From positions 1 to 52,973 of the IMG/VR virus record IMGVR_UViG_3300044576_000027: a stretch of 52,973 nucleotides of DNA; one strand, 5' to 3'. Position 1 is the first letter of the stretch. Every line of letters begins with the position of its first letter. Positions 16,747-27,283 of this stretch are shown here, in pieces. The position numbers were made by a program, and so were the translations under genes. This stretch comes from a virus (lineage: Duplodnaviria > Caudoviricetes). The notes beneath the pieces are model-generated. The model was not told the DNA's origin, made no database searches, and saw only the letters and a program-made list of their open reading frames with translations.

Positions 16747-17661
16747 TTAAAAAAATATAATAGATTTGTTTTCTAAAAATATAGGCATAAATTGATACAT
16801 AACAATAGATGTTTCTTCGTCAACTGGTTCTATTGATGTAATATTGGTATGTGTATCGTTATATGCAATCTTAACCATAACGAGCCTATTAGCAAGAATC
16901 ATATAAGCTTTATCATCTGACTCTATATATTTTTTAATAATTTTATCGTGATTGTTTTTTATTTGAATTACATCTTTTATTTTGATGGATTGAAACTCGA
17001 CATAAACACTTTCATCATCATCTATTTCTCTAGCGTATGGAATGTAATGATCAGATATTCTTGCAGTAACTTCTATTGTATGCTTTGAATACAAGTTTCC
17101 ATCTTTTTGATTTATAGACATATTAGATAACTGATTAATTGATTCAATAGCACGTTTAATGTCAACACCATCAATATCTTCATTGATATACAAAGTTCCA
17201 TATGGATCCCCAACAATGTTATCTAAAGATGACAACATTCTAAGTTCACCATACGACACATAATCAATATATGTCTTGTCTTTTATAGTGATAGTTGAGT
17301 TTCTGGAGTAGTCATCAATATTAAAGTTGCTGTCTGTAATTTTTAATGGGCGTGTACACATATTCTCAACAAATATATCTTTATCTCCATCTTCAATAGC
17401 CATTCTTGCTTTTGCATATACATCGTTACGAACAAATGCCTGAGTCTTTTTTGACTTAAATGTATTGTGTAACACATATTCTAATGGCTCAACAGCAACG
17501 ACATTATCTTTGTCTTCTTTTGAATTAACAGGAATTCCATAGTTATCGAACCATGTGCCATTTAATTTGATGCAAAAATTAAACTTTGGATTACTAAGAA
17601 AATCCATTAGACAATTAAAAGATGCTTCTGATAAGTTAAGTTTCTGATTATTTGGTAGCAT
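16747..17661 (-). CDS. hypothetical protein
   Basis: 304-aa ORF with TAGGAG SD. Confidence 0.7.
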   Translation of the reverse strand: MLPNNQKLNLSEASFNCLMDFLSNPKFNFCIKLNGTWFDNYGIPVNSKEDKDNVVAVEPLEYVLHNTFKSKKTQAFVRNDVYAKARMAIEDGDKDIFVENMCTRPLKITDSNFNIDDYSRNSTITIKDKTYIDYVSYGELRMLSSLDNIVGDPYGTLYINEDIDGVDIKRAIESINQLSNMSINQKDGNLYSKHTIEVTARISDHYIPYAREIDDDESVYVEFQSIKIKDVIQIKNNHDKIIKKYIESDDKAYMILANRLVMVKIAYNDTHTNITSIEPVDEETSIVMYQFMPIFLENKSIIFF

Positions 17662-18130
17662 AACGTTCTCCTAATTTTTGTGTTGTTGTTAAAATGTTAA
17701 ATAGGTCAACTGGTGATGTTTTGCAGCCAGGTGGAAGCCATTTGTAATATCTTGTTTGTCTCAATGCTTCTGTTATAATTTCTGAACAAAAGAATTTTTT
17801 CTTGTTTTCAAACCTACAGGTATTAAAGATTGAGAACATTGCTCCGAACCAATCATATTTAACTCCAGCATATTTTTTGCAAAAATCATATACAACTTCT
17901 TCTTCATTATCAATAAATGTTCCAATGTCAACTGTGTAGTATTTGCTTTTATCTATTGAGTATTTCTTTAAAAATCTTCCTCTCATTGTTTTTGGTGACA
18001 TAGAGAACATATCTCCATTATTAAACATTAGTTCACAGTGAGAATATCTACCTCTAGAAAAGAAAGCTATGATTTTTGAGAGAGTTATTAATCTATCGTT
18101 TTTGTATGCATCATAGAATAGTATCTCCAT
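17648..18130 (-). CDS. permuted papain-like (YiiX/YaeF-type NlpC/P60) amidase
   Basis: YSHCEL...KYDWFG...FFCSEII (His precedes the catalytic Cys). Confidence 0.7.
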   Translation of the reverse strand: MEILFYDAYKNDRLITLSKIIAFFSRGRYSHCELMFNNGDMFSMSPKTMRGRFLKKYSIDKSKYYTVDIGTFIDNEEEVVYDFCKKYAGVKYDWFGAMFSIFNTCRFENKKKFFCSEIITEALRQTRYYKWLPPGCKTSPVDLFNILTTTQKLGERYATK

Positions 18131-18155
18131 TTTTTCTCCTATTTGATACTTTTTA

Positions 18156-18169
18156 TGTATAATTATACA
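18156..18169. promoter_or_regulatory. palindromic divergent -10 boxes TGTATAATTATACA
   Basis: TATAAT on both strands between the divergent 18130(-) and 18202(+) genes. Confidence 0.55.
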
Positions 18170-18201
18170 ATAAGTAACTTTTGAACCACAAGGAGATAGT
18201 A

Positions 18202-19095
18202 ATGAAACAAGATAATGTAGGTGAAAAAAAAGATAACTTTGAAGTGACTAGATTTTCAAGATTAAGCAATGATGCTATAGAGACGCTTAAGCAGAACTTA
18301 CCAAATAAATACTCAGTAGCTTTAACTGATGAGATATACTCTTTAATTGACAAGATGAAAGAAGAAAATTCTATGAATGACTCAGATGCAGTATCATCTA
18401 TATTAGAGAATTTTACATTTGTAAAAGATATAAAGGGATTAACTTTTGATAGATACTGTGTAGCATTAAGGTTTGTGTCATTGGTTCTTAATGGTGTTAC
18501 TCAGATTGATGCCTGGAAGATAATATTTCCTGAAAAAACAAAGCGTGGATACAGTCAAGAACAGATGTTGAAATGGTCAACTGCTTATGCTAATACGAAG
18601 TTGGTTTCAACGTTGAAAGCTAGAATGATGGTATCATTTTCTATACAATATTCACATTTTAGACATGCAGCGATACAAAAAGAGTACGATTTGATGATGG
18701 GAATACCATCTGTTTGTAAGATACCAAAATATAAAAGAACCAAAGATGGAAAGATTAAGCTAGATAAAGATGGTCAAAAGCAAATATTAAGAACGAAACA
18801 TGGAAATATTATGTATGAAGAGGTGTATCAGGTTGTTACTCCTATGGTTCAACATCAAGCTGCTCAAACTATATTGGAGATTACTAAACCTAAAGAAGAG
18901 TCTGAAATTGATATAAATGTTGCAATATCTGTTGATGAAACAAATGAAAAGATGAAAATAAAAAGAACCATGATGGAAATAGCACAGGCACAAAGAGAGA
19001 GACTTGAAAGAGGCGAAAGCATAGATGATGTCCAGAGGATAGGTGATATTATAGAAACATCTCTTGTTGATGACAAGGAGGATGAAGATGAGTAA
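18202..19095 (+). CDS. terminase small subunit (N4 gp69-like)
   Basis: Immediately upstream of the large terminase; ATG 18202 with AAGGAG SD. Confidence 0.6.
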   Translation: MKQDNVGEKKDNFEVTRFSRLSNDAIETLKQNLPNKYSVALTDEIYSLIDKMKEENSMNDSDAVSSILENFTFVKDIKGLTFDRYCVALRFVSLVLNGVTQIDAWKIIFPEKTKRGYSQEQMLKWSTAYANTKLVSTLKARMMVSFSIQYSHFRHAAIQKEYDLMMGIPSVCKIPKYKRTKDGKIKLDKDGQKQILRTKHGNIMYEEVYQVVTPMVQHQAAQTILEITKPKEESEIDINVAISVDETNEKMKIKRTMMEIAQAQRERLERGESIDDVQRIGDIIETSLVDDKEDEDE

Positions 19096-22000
19096 AATTG
19101 AGAAAATTGGTGATAAGAAATATTTAGCTACTGCAAATAATGGCAGTACATTTAATTTTGTAGATAAAATACCAAGAACTAAAGATGAAATTAGTTGGGC
19201 AGTAAAAAATAACTATGTAATACCAGCTTTTGAAGCTATGGATATGGAAATAGACTTACTGTTAGACCATGTAGATTTAAAATTAGATTGGTACATCCCA
19301 TCTGTTGAAGCATTCGATTTTATGAACTTCATGAGATTGTGTCTTGGAAGTGAACCAGAAAATTTGAATAGTAAAGCACATTACTTCTTTGTAGATGCAA
19401 TGTTTGGCTCAGAAGAGATTAAGTCATATTTTCAAGTGAGAGGTATAGATTTTGATGAGTTGAGTAGAGATGTTATTATCTTATCTAGCCGAGAATTTTC
19501 AAAAGCTCTTCATTACAGTACTCTTATAGCTACTCCAAGTGGTCCAAAAGAGATTAGATATATAAAAGATGGAGATATGGTAATAAGCAGGACTGGTAAG
19601 CCAACAAGAGTAATCAAGAAATCAAATATGATTATGGATAACACTTTTGAGATGGTTCTTGAAGATGGAAGAAGATTTAAGTCATCTAATGACCATAGAC
19701 ATATATTGTGGAGAAGAAAAAGTAAGTATATTGGATATTATAAAGATGGAAAGAAATGCTCTAAAAAAGATGGTGGAAAAGCATATTTTATAAATGGAAT
19801 GGAAGAAGTTGTTATGACTTCACAGGAGTTGGCAAGTGAAAACATTGTTACAAATAGAACAATAACAGATAATCAAAGAAGAGGCTATGAAAACAAATAT
19901 TATATACCAAGAATGGATAGTGGAATACAGTACGATCCAGTTAATTTTCCAATTGATCCATATACTGTTGGTGTAATTCTTGGAGATGGTTCTGTCTCAG
20001 AGGGAGTTAAGTTAAGTCAAACGAGTATGGCTAAAAAATATAGAAAATCATTGACTAACAATAATCGAAATAGAAGAATGTACAAAGATGATCAAAAGTA
20101 TGGGGAATCAAGAGGTAGAACTAGAATTACATGCCACAAAGACGATGTAGATAACTTGATAAATAATATTCCTTATGAACTTGCAGTAAAAGGATATAAG
20201 TCAAGAAAGAATATAGTAGATTTAATTATGCCAAAAGATATGAATTCTGTTATAGCAGAATATATTGGTTGTGACAATAGTTACACAAAGAAAGTACCAA
20301 AAATTTTATTGAATGGATCAGTAAGTCAAAGATTATCACTTCTTCAAGGTCTAATGGATACAGATGGAACAATCAATAAAAAAGGTAGCACATCTTACAC
20401 CACTGTGTCAAAACAGTTAGCAGATGATATTGTCTATTTGGTGCGTTCATTAGGTGGTTCTGCTAGAATTTCAGAACGTAAAACTAATAGTAAGTTTGGA
20501 AAAGCATATCAAGTTTTAATCTCTATAAATACATATTCTATTTTTAGATTAAAGAGAAAAAAGGATAGAGAAACATATATTCCAGCAAGAGACTATTTTC
20601 CAATAAAATCATTTGAACTTGTTCATAGTGAACCATCATATTGTTTAACCGTTGAGTGTCCAACATCATCGTTTGTTATGGCTGATGGATTGATAACTCA
20701 CAATAGCACTATTACGATATTTTTTATACTTTATATGGCTGCAAGAGGTATTAAGCCAAACTTTGGAAGAGTAAATTATGGAATGTATGTATCAGATAGA
20801 ATGAAAGGTAACGTAAAGGTTACAATGCAGACAATAGAGACAATCTACATGGGAAGTGAATACTTACAGTCAATATTTGAAGAAGTGCATTTCACTGATG
20901 AAGAGTGTTGGTTTATTAGAAAACCACAGACTCAAAAAGAGATTAGAATTTATAATAAAGCCATGGCACAAGGTAAGAAGATTAAAGAGGTGCCTAAACG
21001 TTCAGAGAGAATGTTTAAAATTACTGGACTTGGTTGCTCTGGTGGTCGTGGTTCTCGAAGTGGTTTAGATAGACCTCAATTTGCAATTTTTGATGATATG
21101 ATTGCCAATGAAAAAGATGCTTACTCTAAAGCTATACTTGACTCTATTGACTCTACAATTGAAGCTGATGTTGGTTCATCTTTAAGTGGTAATGGTAATT
21201 TTAGAATATATATTGGTACAGGTTATCATGTTGATGACCCAGTTTGTAAGAGAGTTAGAGAGCTAGCTGGTATCCCAGTAGTATTTCCAAAAGCTGAGGT
21301 TGCTCCACATGGAGATATTTATGATAGTAACGGTGAACTTGTAAAGCCTGCTCTCAAAGAAGAAGATTTTGTATCTGTATGGAAAGATAGACACTCATTT
21401 AAGAACCAAAGAGCAGACTATGCAAAGGCAGAATTAGCATACAAACGTGGAAATCCAAAGCCACTAAAAACGATAAATCAAGAGTTCTATATTAGATTGA
21501 CATCTGAGCATGAAAGACTAATACCAGATAGTTGTATAAAGACAAAAGACTTGTCATATATAAAAGAAAATGCTATGTTCTTTAATTGGCTATTAACAAC
21601 AGACTATACTACCACAGGAAATAAGAACTCAGACTTTTCAGTTGCAATATTGTGGGCTATGGATAGCGAAGAAAATATGTATATGATTGACATTAAAGCA
21701 GAGAAGATGGATTTGACTGAACAGTATCAAAACACATTAAATATGATAAATGACGCTATTAGTTGGGGTGCTTCTTACGTTGAGATTGGTGTTGAGATTG
21801 ATGGTCAACAATCTTTGCATCTTATAGCGTTGGAGAGATTTTTTGAGAAGAATAAAGCTTCGGAGAAGTTAATATTTGCAAAGCAAATTGAGAAGAGTGG
21901 TAAAAAGGTTACATGGGAAGGAATCAAATCTAAAGGAAGTGGTGATAAATTTTGGAGACTTAAGATTACAGCAGATGAGTTTTATCGTGGAAAAATAATT

Positions 22001-22249
22001 ATAAGTAAAGAGTTGGCTGAGAGTGGTTCTACAGATTTTGAGGTATTAATGCATCAGATAAAAAATGTATCGCAAACAGAAATAAAAACTAAAAATGACG
22101 ACTGCCTTGATGGTATAAGCCAAATATCTTTAATAGATAGAGATTTTCCAACAATGTCATTTGAAGAGGCAAGACGTATGCAAGAGGAGATAGGTTATAA
22201 TGATGATTATGAGTATTCTGACTTTGGATACGGAACTATAGAATATTAA
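19088..22249 (+). CDS. terminase large subunit (N4 gp68-like), intein-containing
   Basis: Walker A SSREFSK^S split by the intein, RPQFAIFDD Walker B, nuclease LTTDYT...SDFS and KNDDCLD. Confidence 0.85.
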   Translation: MSKIEKIGDKKYLATANNGSTFNFVDKIPRTKDEISWAVKNNYVIPAFEAMDMEIDLLLDHVDLKLDWYIPSVEAFDFMNFMRLCLGSEPENLNSKAHYFFVDAMFGSEEIKSYFQVRGIDFDELSRDVIILSSREFSKALHYSTLIATPSGPKEIRYIKDGDMVISRTGKPTRVIKKSNMIMDNTFEMVLEDGRRFKSSNDHRHILWRRKSKYIGYYKDGKKCSKKDGGKAYFINGMEEVVMTSQELASENIVTNRTITDNQRRGYENKYYIPRMDSGIQYDPVNFPIDPYTVGVILGDGSVSEGVKLSQTSMAKKYRKSLTNNNRNRRMYKDDQKYGESRGRTRITCHKDDVDNLINNIPYELAVKGYKSRKNIVDLIMPKDMNSVIAEYIGCDNSYTKKVPKILLNGSVSQRLSLLQGLMDTDGTINKKGSTSYTTVSKQLADDIVYLVRSLGGSARISERKTNSKFGKAYQVLISINTYSIFRLKRKKDRETYIPARDYFPIKSFELVHSEPSYCLTVECPTSSFVMADGLITHNSTITIFFILYMAARGIKPNFGRVNYGMYVSDRMKGNVKVTMQTIETIYMGSEYLQSIFEEVHFTDEECWFIRKPQTQKEIRIYNKAMAQGKKIKEVPKRSERMFKITGLGCSGGRGSRSGLDRPQFAIFDDMIANEKDAYSKAILDSIDSTIEADVGSSLSGNGNFRIYIGTGYHVDDPVCKRVRELAGIPVVFPKAEVAPHGDIYDSNGELVKPALKEEDFVSVWKDRHSFKNQRADYAKAELAYKRGNPKPLKTINQEFYIRLTSEHERLIPDSCIKTKDLSYIKENAMFFNWLLTTDYTTTGNKNSDFSVAILWAMDSEENMYMIDIKAEKMDLTEQYQNTLNMINDAISWGASYVEIGVEIDGQQSLHLIALERFFEKNKASEKLIFAKQIEKSGKKVTWEGIKSKGSGDKFWRLKITADEFYRGKIIISKELAESGSTDFEVLMHQIKNVSQTEIKTKNDDCLDGISQISLIDRDFPTMSFEEARRMQEEIGYNDDYEYSDFGYGTIEY
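19505..20704 (+). mobile_element. intein (400 aa) with LAGLIDADG homing endonuclease
   Basis: Starts ALHYSTLIATPSG, ends GLITHN|S; LAGLIDADG motifs VGVILGDG and LQGLMDTDG. Confidence 0.9.
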
Positions 22250-22265
22250 TATAAGGATATAATAT

Positions 22266-22670
22266 ATGACTTGGAGAAGAGTAAAAAGCTTAACAAATTC
22301 ACTTCTTTCTGGTGATACTCCATTTCCGATGGATGATGAAGAAAGTGCGATAGCATTGCTAGAATATGCATTAGAACAAGTAGCAATTGAAAGCTATGTT
22401 TCTATATTGATTAGTGATACTCCAGTGACAAATAACACAATAAGAGTAAATGATGATGGGAAATACGTTAGAAGACCAAATTTACCATCAGATGATAATG
22501 ACATAATAGATATTGACAAAGGACTTGTATTTGCAGTTTGTAGATTGATGGCTTCATATCTAAGTAGAGAAAATAAACAAATTCACTATTTAATTGCAAA
22601 GTCATCTATGGAAAAATATGAAGAGATGATATGTGGAATACGTGAAGCACAAAAGGACGGTATTTTATGA
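22266..22670 (+). CDS. putative head-tail adaptor
   Basis: Position after the terminase (N4 gp67 slot); helical 134 aa. Confidence 0.45.
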   Translation: MTWRRVKSLTNSLLSGDTPFPMDDEESAIALLEYALEQVAIESYVSILISDTPVTNNTIRVNDDGKYVRRPNLPSDDNDIIDIDKGLVFAVCRLMASYLSRENKQIHYLIAKSSMEKYEEMICGIREAQKDGIL

Positions 22671-24379
22671 GTAGTATCTACTTTAAAGAGTTATTTTCTC
22701 CAGATGAGACTGGAAATGTAAATAATGGACCAAAAACTTGTGATAGAATTTTTGCAATAAATAATGCATCAGATTGTGAGTCAAAAAAGAATCTGTTTAT
22801 ATCGCAAGAATTGAATCTTTCAACGATGAAATTTAAAGCAACTCTTGACACTTCAAATGTTCCAAGTGTAGATGCAGTGATAATGTTACATTACATTGAC
22901 GGAAATGGAAATGAAGTTGATGAACAACTAACAAATGGAAAAGAGATTGTATCCAATGTTGTAGTTGAGAATGGAATCATTAAGTCAAATATTGGATTTG
23001 TAATATATAGTTCACAAAATACAAATCAGTGTAAATACATACTAAACATTGAAGAGAATGTTTCTGATGTGTTTACAGTTGGTAAAGACTCTCTTGGCAA
23101 TATAATTATAAATAAAACATTGACAGATAATAACATATCTATAGTTGATGGAACATACTCTTGGAAGTTTAATGGAATAAATATTTCTTCAACTACAAGT
23201 AATTCTGGGATAACAGATTCATACATTAGAGCAAATGGAAATTCAAGCGAGAACCATCTTGTTGCCACTACACCTGTTGGTTCAATAGTTGAGTATAGCT
23301 ATTCGTATAATACTGAGATTTTGGGCATGAGAATAGATACAAATCATGTAATAAATGGAACAACTGTATATTATAATGCAGTTCCTTACGCAAATGATGT
23401 AAATGGTTTTACGTATAAATTGTTTAAGAATAATCAAAAAGTTATAAGTGATGCTTTTACTCAAAACAGTAATGATAAATTTCAATTGGTTTCATTTAAA
23501 ACATCTGATACCAACAATGATGATACAATAGCAGTTTTTGACAGAACAGATTACTCAAAATATTACTCTTTTATTGAAGCAACTATAGATGAATTTAACA
23601 TAAACACAATTCTTTCAAATGGATTTGATTCAGTAGATTCTTCATCAAATAGCATTACAAGTACACTTGATAGTTCAAAGGCTTTTACTGTGTCAAAGAA
23701 GACAACTTTAGAACCACAAGACACATATAGTCTCCAATATACAGTTCCTAGAGATAGAAGATTCTTATCACTAGAGTATAATGGTGACTATTCTTCAAAT
23801 TCAAAAGAGGATTTATTTTACACTGGAAGTGGAGTACTTCAATATAGCGATCATGATGGAATAAAACATGACGTAACTCTTGTTAGAGCAATAGATAAAA
23901 TTGTTGAACTTATTGACCAAGAGCAGACTTTCTCTGCTGCTACAATAGCAGACTTATCTGCAAATCAAGTACTGCCAAATGGTATTACAGCAAACTTATC
24001 AGAGTCTAATGGTTGGATTAAAAGTACTGGATTAACTATTCTAAACAGAACATTTATAAGCACAGAAAATTTAGTTCAAGTTGAATTTGACTATTATGGA
24101 GAACTAATAAACTCACTTGATGCTGGAGTTAAATTTGAGTTCTTTGATGCAAATAATATTCTTATAACATCATCTGAGATTAAAAAGAGATCTGACAATA
24201 CATCATGGAGCATAAAAAACAATTCTATAGTTAGTGTTGTCAATGGAGCACTATTCCATGACAGATTTACAATAAATTTAAATAACTATGCTGATATAAA
24301 AAAGATGGTATTTACATTGCAAGGTGCTGAGAATAATTTTGCAATCAAAGATATAATATTATCGATAAGAACAAGTTAA
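22667..24379 (+). CDS. putative tail/virion protein
   Basis: Beta-rich S/T/N composition in the tail module. Confidence 0.5.
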   Translation: MSSIYFKELFSPDETGNVNNGPKTCDRIFAINNASDCESKKNLFISQELNLSTMKFKATLDTSNVPSVDAVIMLHYIDGNGNEVDEQLTNGKEIVSNVVVENGIIKSNIGFVIYSSQNTNQCKYILNIEENVSDVFTVGKDSLGNIIINKTLTDNNISIVDGTYSWKFNGINISSTTSNSGITDSYIRANGNSSENHLVATTPVGSIVEYSYSYNTEILGMRIDTNHVINGTTVYYNAVPYANDVNGFTYKLFKNNQKVISDAFTQNSNDKFQLVSFKTSDTNNDDTIAVFDRTDYSKYYSFIEATIDEFNINTILSNGFDSVDSSSNSITSTLDSSKAFTVSKKTTLEPQDTYSLQYTVPRDRRFLSLEYNGDYSSNSKEDLFYTGSGVLQYSDHDGIKHDVTLVRAIDKIVELIDQEQTFSAATIADLSANQVLPNGITANLSESNGWIKSTGLTILNRTFISTENLVQVEFDYYGELINSLDAGVKFEFFDANNILITSSEIKKRSDNTSWSIKNNSIVSVVNGALFHDRFTINLNNYADIKKMVFTLQGAENNFAIKDIILSIRTS

Positions 24380-24390
24380 AGGAAAATAAT

Positions 24391-26163
24391 ATGATAGATG
24401 GATACAGTTATTCAAATGGTAGGCTATCTTTGACTGATGGTTCTACGAATGTTGGATATATTGATTTTTTTAAGCAGATAAACTACAGTGACATACCTGA
24501 GCAAAAGAAACATGTAGTAAAAGACTATACAGGCTCAAACAGTGCAGTAAATCTGTATGTAGATGGTTCTGTTGCACTGCTTGCAAATAATGAAGTAAGA
24601 TGTAGGATAAATGGAAAGATTATTGACTCCATAAACCAAGATGTTCAGTATCCACTGATTGTACCACAATATGACAGCTCAGATGCAACACAATATGTGG
24701 ACAATAATTTAGTAGCAAACAATGGTAAGTTGTATTATTTAAAAAATAAGTTGCTTCCAACTCCACCAAGTAGCGTATATAAGTTTATACCAATAAGCTC
24801 AGCAACTGTTAGTAGTTATGTTTTTTTACCTGGTGGTTCAAAAAATATTAAATTTTATAATACAGATGTTTATTCATATCTATCAGATGGAATTTATTAT
24901 CTATATGATAAAAAAGATAATCATACCTTAGTTGTATCATCAAACTCAGATGAGTATTTGAAACCATTTTTTAGTGTATTTAGAGGAAATTCATGGGCTT
25001 ATCTAAAAGACAATCATACTGTGACTGTAAAAAATGATGGTGATATTATGTTTCCATTAACCATATCATCAATATTCACTGATTATAAAAACTTATTTAT
25101 TGCAGATACGTCAAAAAATGTATATAAAGTTGACTCAACAACATTTGAGTATGAAAAAATCTTTACAACAAATATTATATCAAGTGGAGAGATGTACTAT
25201 TTAAATGATATTTTAACAGTTGAGAGCTCAGATAAAACGTTTATCAGAGTTTACTGTGTTGGTGATGGTTCTTATTTTGATGTATCAAAAAGTACATCAG
25301 ACTCGTATATTCCAATTGATGATTCAACATACTATATTGTTGAGAAAAGTGGTGCAAGCAATCAAAGAAAGCAGACTGTTGTACAACGATATTTTTCTGA
25401 AATAAGTGTTGATAAGCTTTTTAAAATTAATGGAAGAAAAGAGATTTTTAGAGAAGTAAAAGGATTCACAAGAAGTCCATCAATAGTTTTCTCTTCAAAT
25501 AATCTTATATCAAAATCATCAACAATAATTGGAAACAATATTTACATACTGAAAGATTTGTCTATAGATAAGATGAATATAAGCTCTGGATTTCAATCCA
25601 TTGATAATAATAGTGTAACTACAAATACTGGATATACGTTGCTAAATAATGCTACAAGTATATATGGATATAAAGATAGACTGTATCAAATGTCAAATGA
25701 GTCAAAAATTATAACATTTATTGATGTAACAAATGGAACCACAGGTCAATATGATTTTAGTGGAATACTTAATGGCACTGGAATAAAAAGTATGTTTGTA
25801 TCTGGAAACAACTATGATGAGTACAGCATACTAACTAACAATGGTACTGTATATACAATTGATATTTTAGGGCTAACAGTGCTATCGACATTTAATGTAC
25901 AAGGTTACCATTATGATACTCAAATAGTTGAATTTTTTGACAATAAAATTTTAGCAACAAATTTGTATTCACCAACTAGGTCAATATATGAAGTTGACAG
26001 AACCACTGGAGAAAAGTCAATTAATGCATACATAGTTCTTCCTTACACTGTTGGTTCAAATGAAAGTACTTTTATATATAACAATATGCTAGTTGCATAT
26101 AACAGTCAATTGGGTGAATACTATATGTATCCAAGAGAAGATAAAGTTAAGAGGGTAAAATAA
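24391..26163 (+). CDS. putative tail protein (beta-propeller-like)
   Basis: Repeated short beta-strand patterns in the C-terminal part. Confidence 0.5.
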   Translation: MIDGYSYSNGRLSLTDGSTNVGYIDFFKQINYSDIPEQKKHVVKDYTGSNSAVNLYVDGSVALLANNEVRCRINGKIIDSINQDVQYPLIVPQYDSSDATQYVDNNLVANNGKLYYLKNKLLPTPPSSVYKFIPISSATVSSYVFLPGGSKNIKFYNTDVYSYLSDGIYYLYDKKDNHTLVVSSNSDEYLKPFFSVFRGNSWAYLKDNHTVTVKNDGDIMFPLTISSIFTDYKNLFIADTSKNVYKVDSTTFEYEKIFTTNIISSGEMYYLNDILTVESSDKTFIRVYCVGDGSYFDVSKSTSDSYIPIDDSTYYIVEKSGASNQRKQTVVQRYFSEISVDKLFKINGRKEIFREVKGFTRSPSIVFSSNNLISKSSTIIGNNIYILKDLSIDKMNISSGFQSIDNNSVTTNTGYTLLNNATSIYGYKDRLYQMSNESKIITFIDVTNGTTGQYDFSGILNGTGIKSMFVSGNNYDEYSILTNNGTVYTIDILGLTVLSTFNVQGYHYDTQIVEFFDNKILATNLYSPTRSIYEVDRTTGEKSINAYIVLPYTVGSNESTFIYNNMLVAYNSQLGEYYMYPREDKVKRVK

Positions 26164-27266
26164 TGAGCTATCAATTCAACTACAATTATAAGCAAGAAGA
26201 TTTAACTGCTATAAACTCAATGATTACTGGATTTGCTTTTAATGAACAATCAAAAATACTTATAATATCAAGATATGATGGTACACATGAATATGTAAAT
26301 ATAAGTGATGTGATTTCAGATTTTAGTGAGGCAGATTCAACTAATATTAAATTTGTAAAAAATAAACCATCTGTAAAATTATTCAATACTATATTAGATT
26401 ATACTTCTAGCAGCAATGTTACAAACGGTGATATTGTACTAATTGGAATAGGAAATCAAAGTAAATATTATGTGAACAACAATGGGACATTGAAGCAGAT
26501 TTCTGTATCAAACAGTGATTTAAATGGACGAATTATACTTGGAGAATATGGTGATAGCAAGAACTTTTTTGAAGATGAAATTGTGTTTACTGATGATAAA
26601 AAAATTGTACATTCATTGGGATACTTTAAAAGCGATAACTATACAAAAATAAGTGATAATATTGACTACTATAAACGTGGAAATTTGATCTACCAAGTAG
26701 AAGAGATATTGTCATATGGGCTAGAAGCTTCTTTTAAAACAATTCAATCAGGACTATCATCTGGATTGACTATAAATGATAGATTCTCATTGTTAGCTAT
26801 ATCAGACTTTAACCTATCAACATTTGATGTATATGATTTTTATAACTACTCTGTTGATTTAATAGATCCCAATGGAAACAATATAGGGATAGATGTATCT
26901 AGACTCAATATCCCAGATGGTTCAAATAACTACATATCTATAAATCCAAAAAAACTTTCAAATCCAACATTATTTTCTTGTGACTTTACATTTGCATATT
27001 ATCTATTTGCAAATAATTCATTATTTGGAATTGAAGCAGTTGATAAATCAACAAACAATATTGTTTATAAAGATATTGTATCAATAGTGTCAACTAATGG
27101 CAATGCTGTTAGAACAAGAGTTGACTTATCTGGAACAACTACATCAAACCCTAGTAATGGTACAATTACGTTATCAATAGGAGATTTATCGTCTAATTCT
27201 AATGAGATTGAATATAGACTATATATCAAGTGTGATAAATTGTCAAATATAAATATACAATACTAG
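26163..27266 (+). CDS. putative tail protein
   Basis: Position and composition. Confidence 0.5.
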   Translation: MSYQFNYNYKQEDLTAINSMITGFAFNEQSKILIISRYDGTHEYVNISDVISDFSEADSTNIKFVKNKPSVKLFNTILDYTSSSNVTNGDIVLIGIGNQSKYYVNNNGTLKQISVSNSDLNGRIILGEYGDSKNFFEDEIVFTDDKKIVHSLGYFKSDNYTKISDNIDYYKRGNLIYQVEEILSYGLEASFKTIQSGLSSGLTINDRFSLLAISDFNLSTFDVYDFYNYSVDLIDPNGNNIGIDVSRLNIPDGSNNYISINPKKLSNPTLFSCDFTFAYYLFANNSLFGIEAVDKSTNNIVYKDIVSIVSTNGNAVRTRVDLSGTTTSNPSNGTITLSIGDLSSNSNEIEYRLYIKCDKLSNINIQY

Positions 27267-27283
27267 ATAAATGGAGTAAGTAA

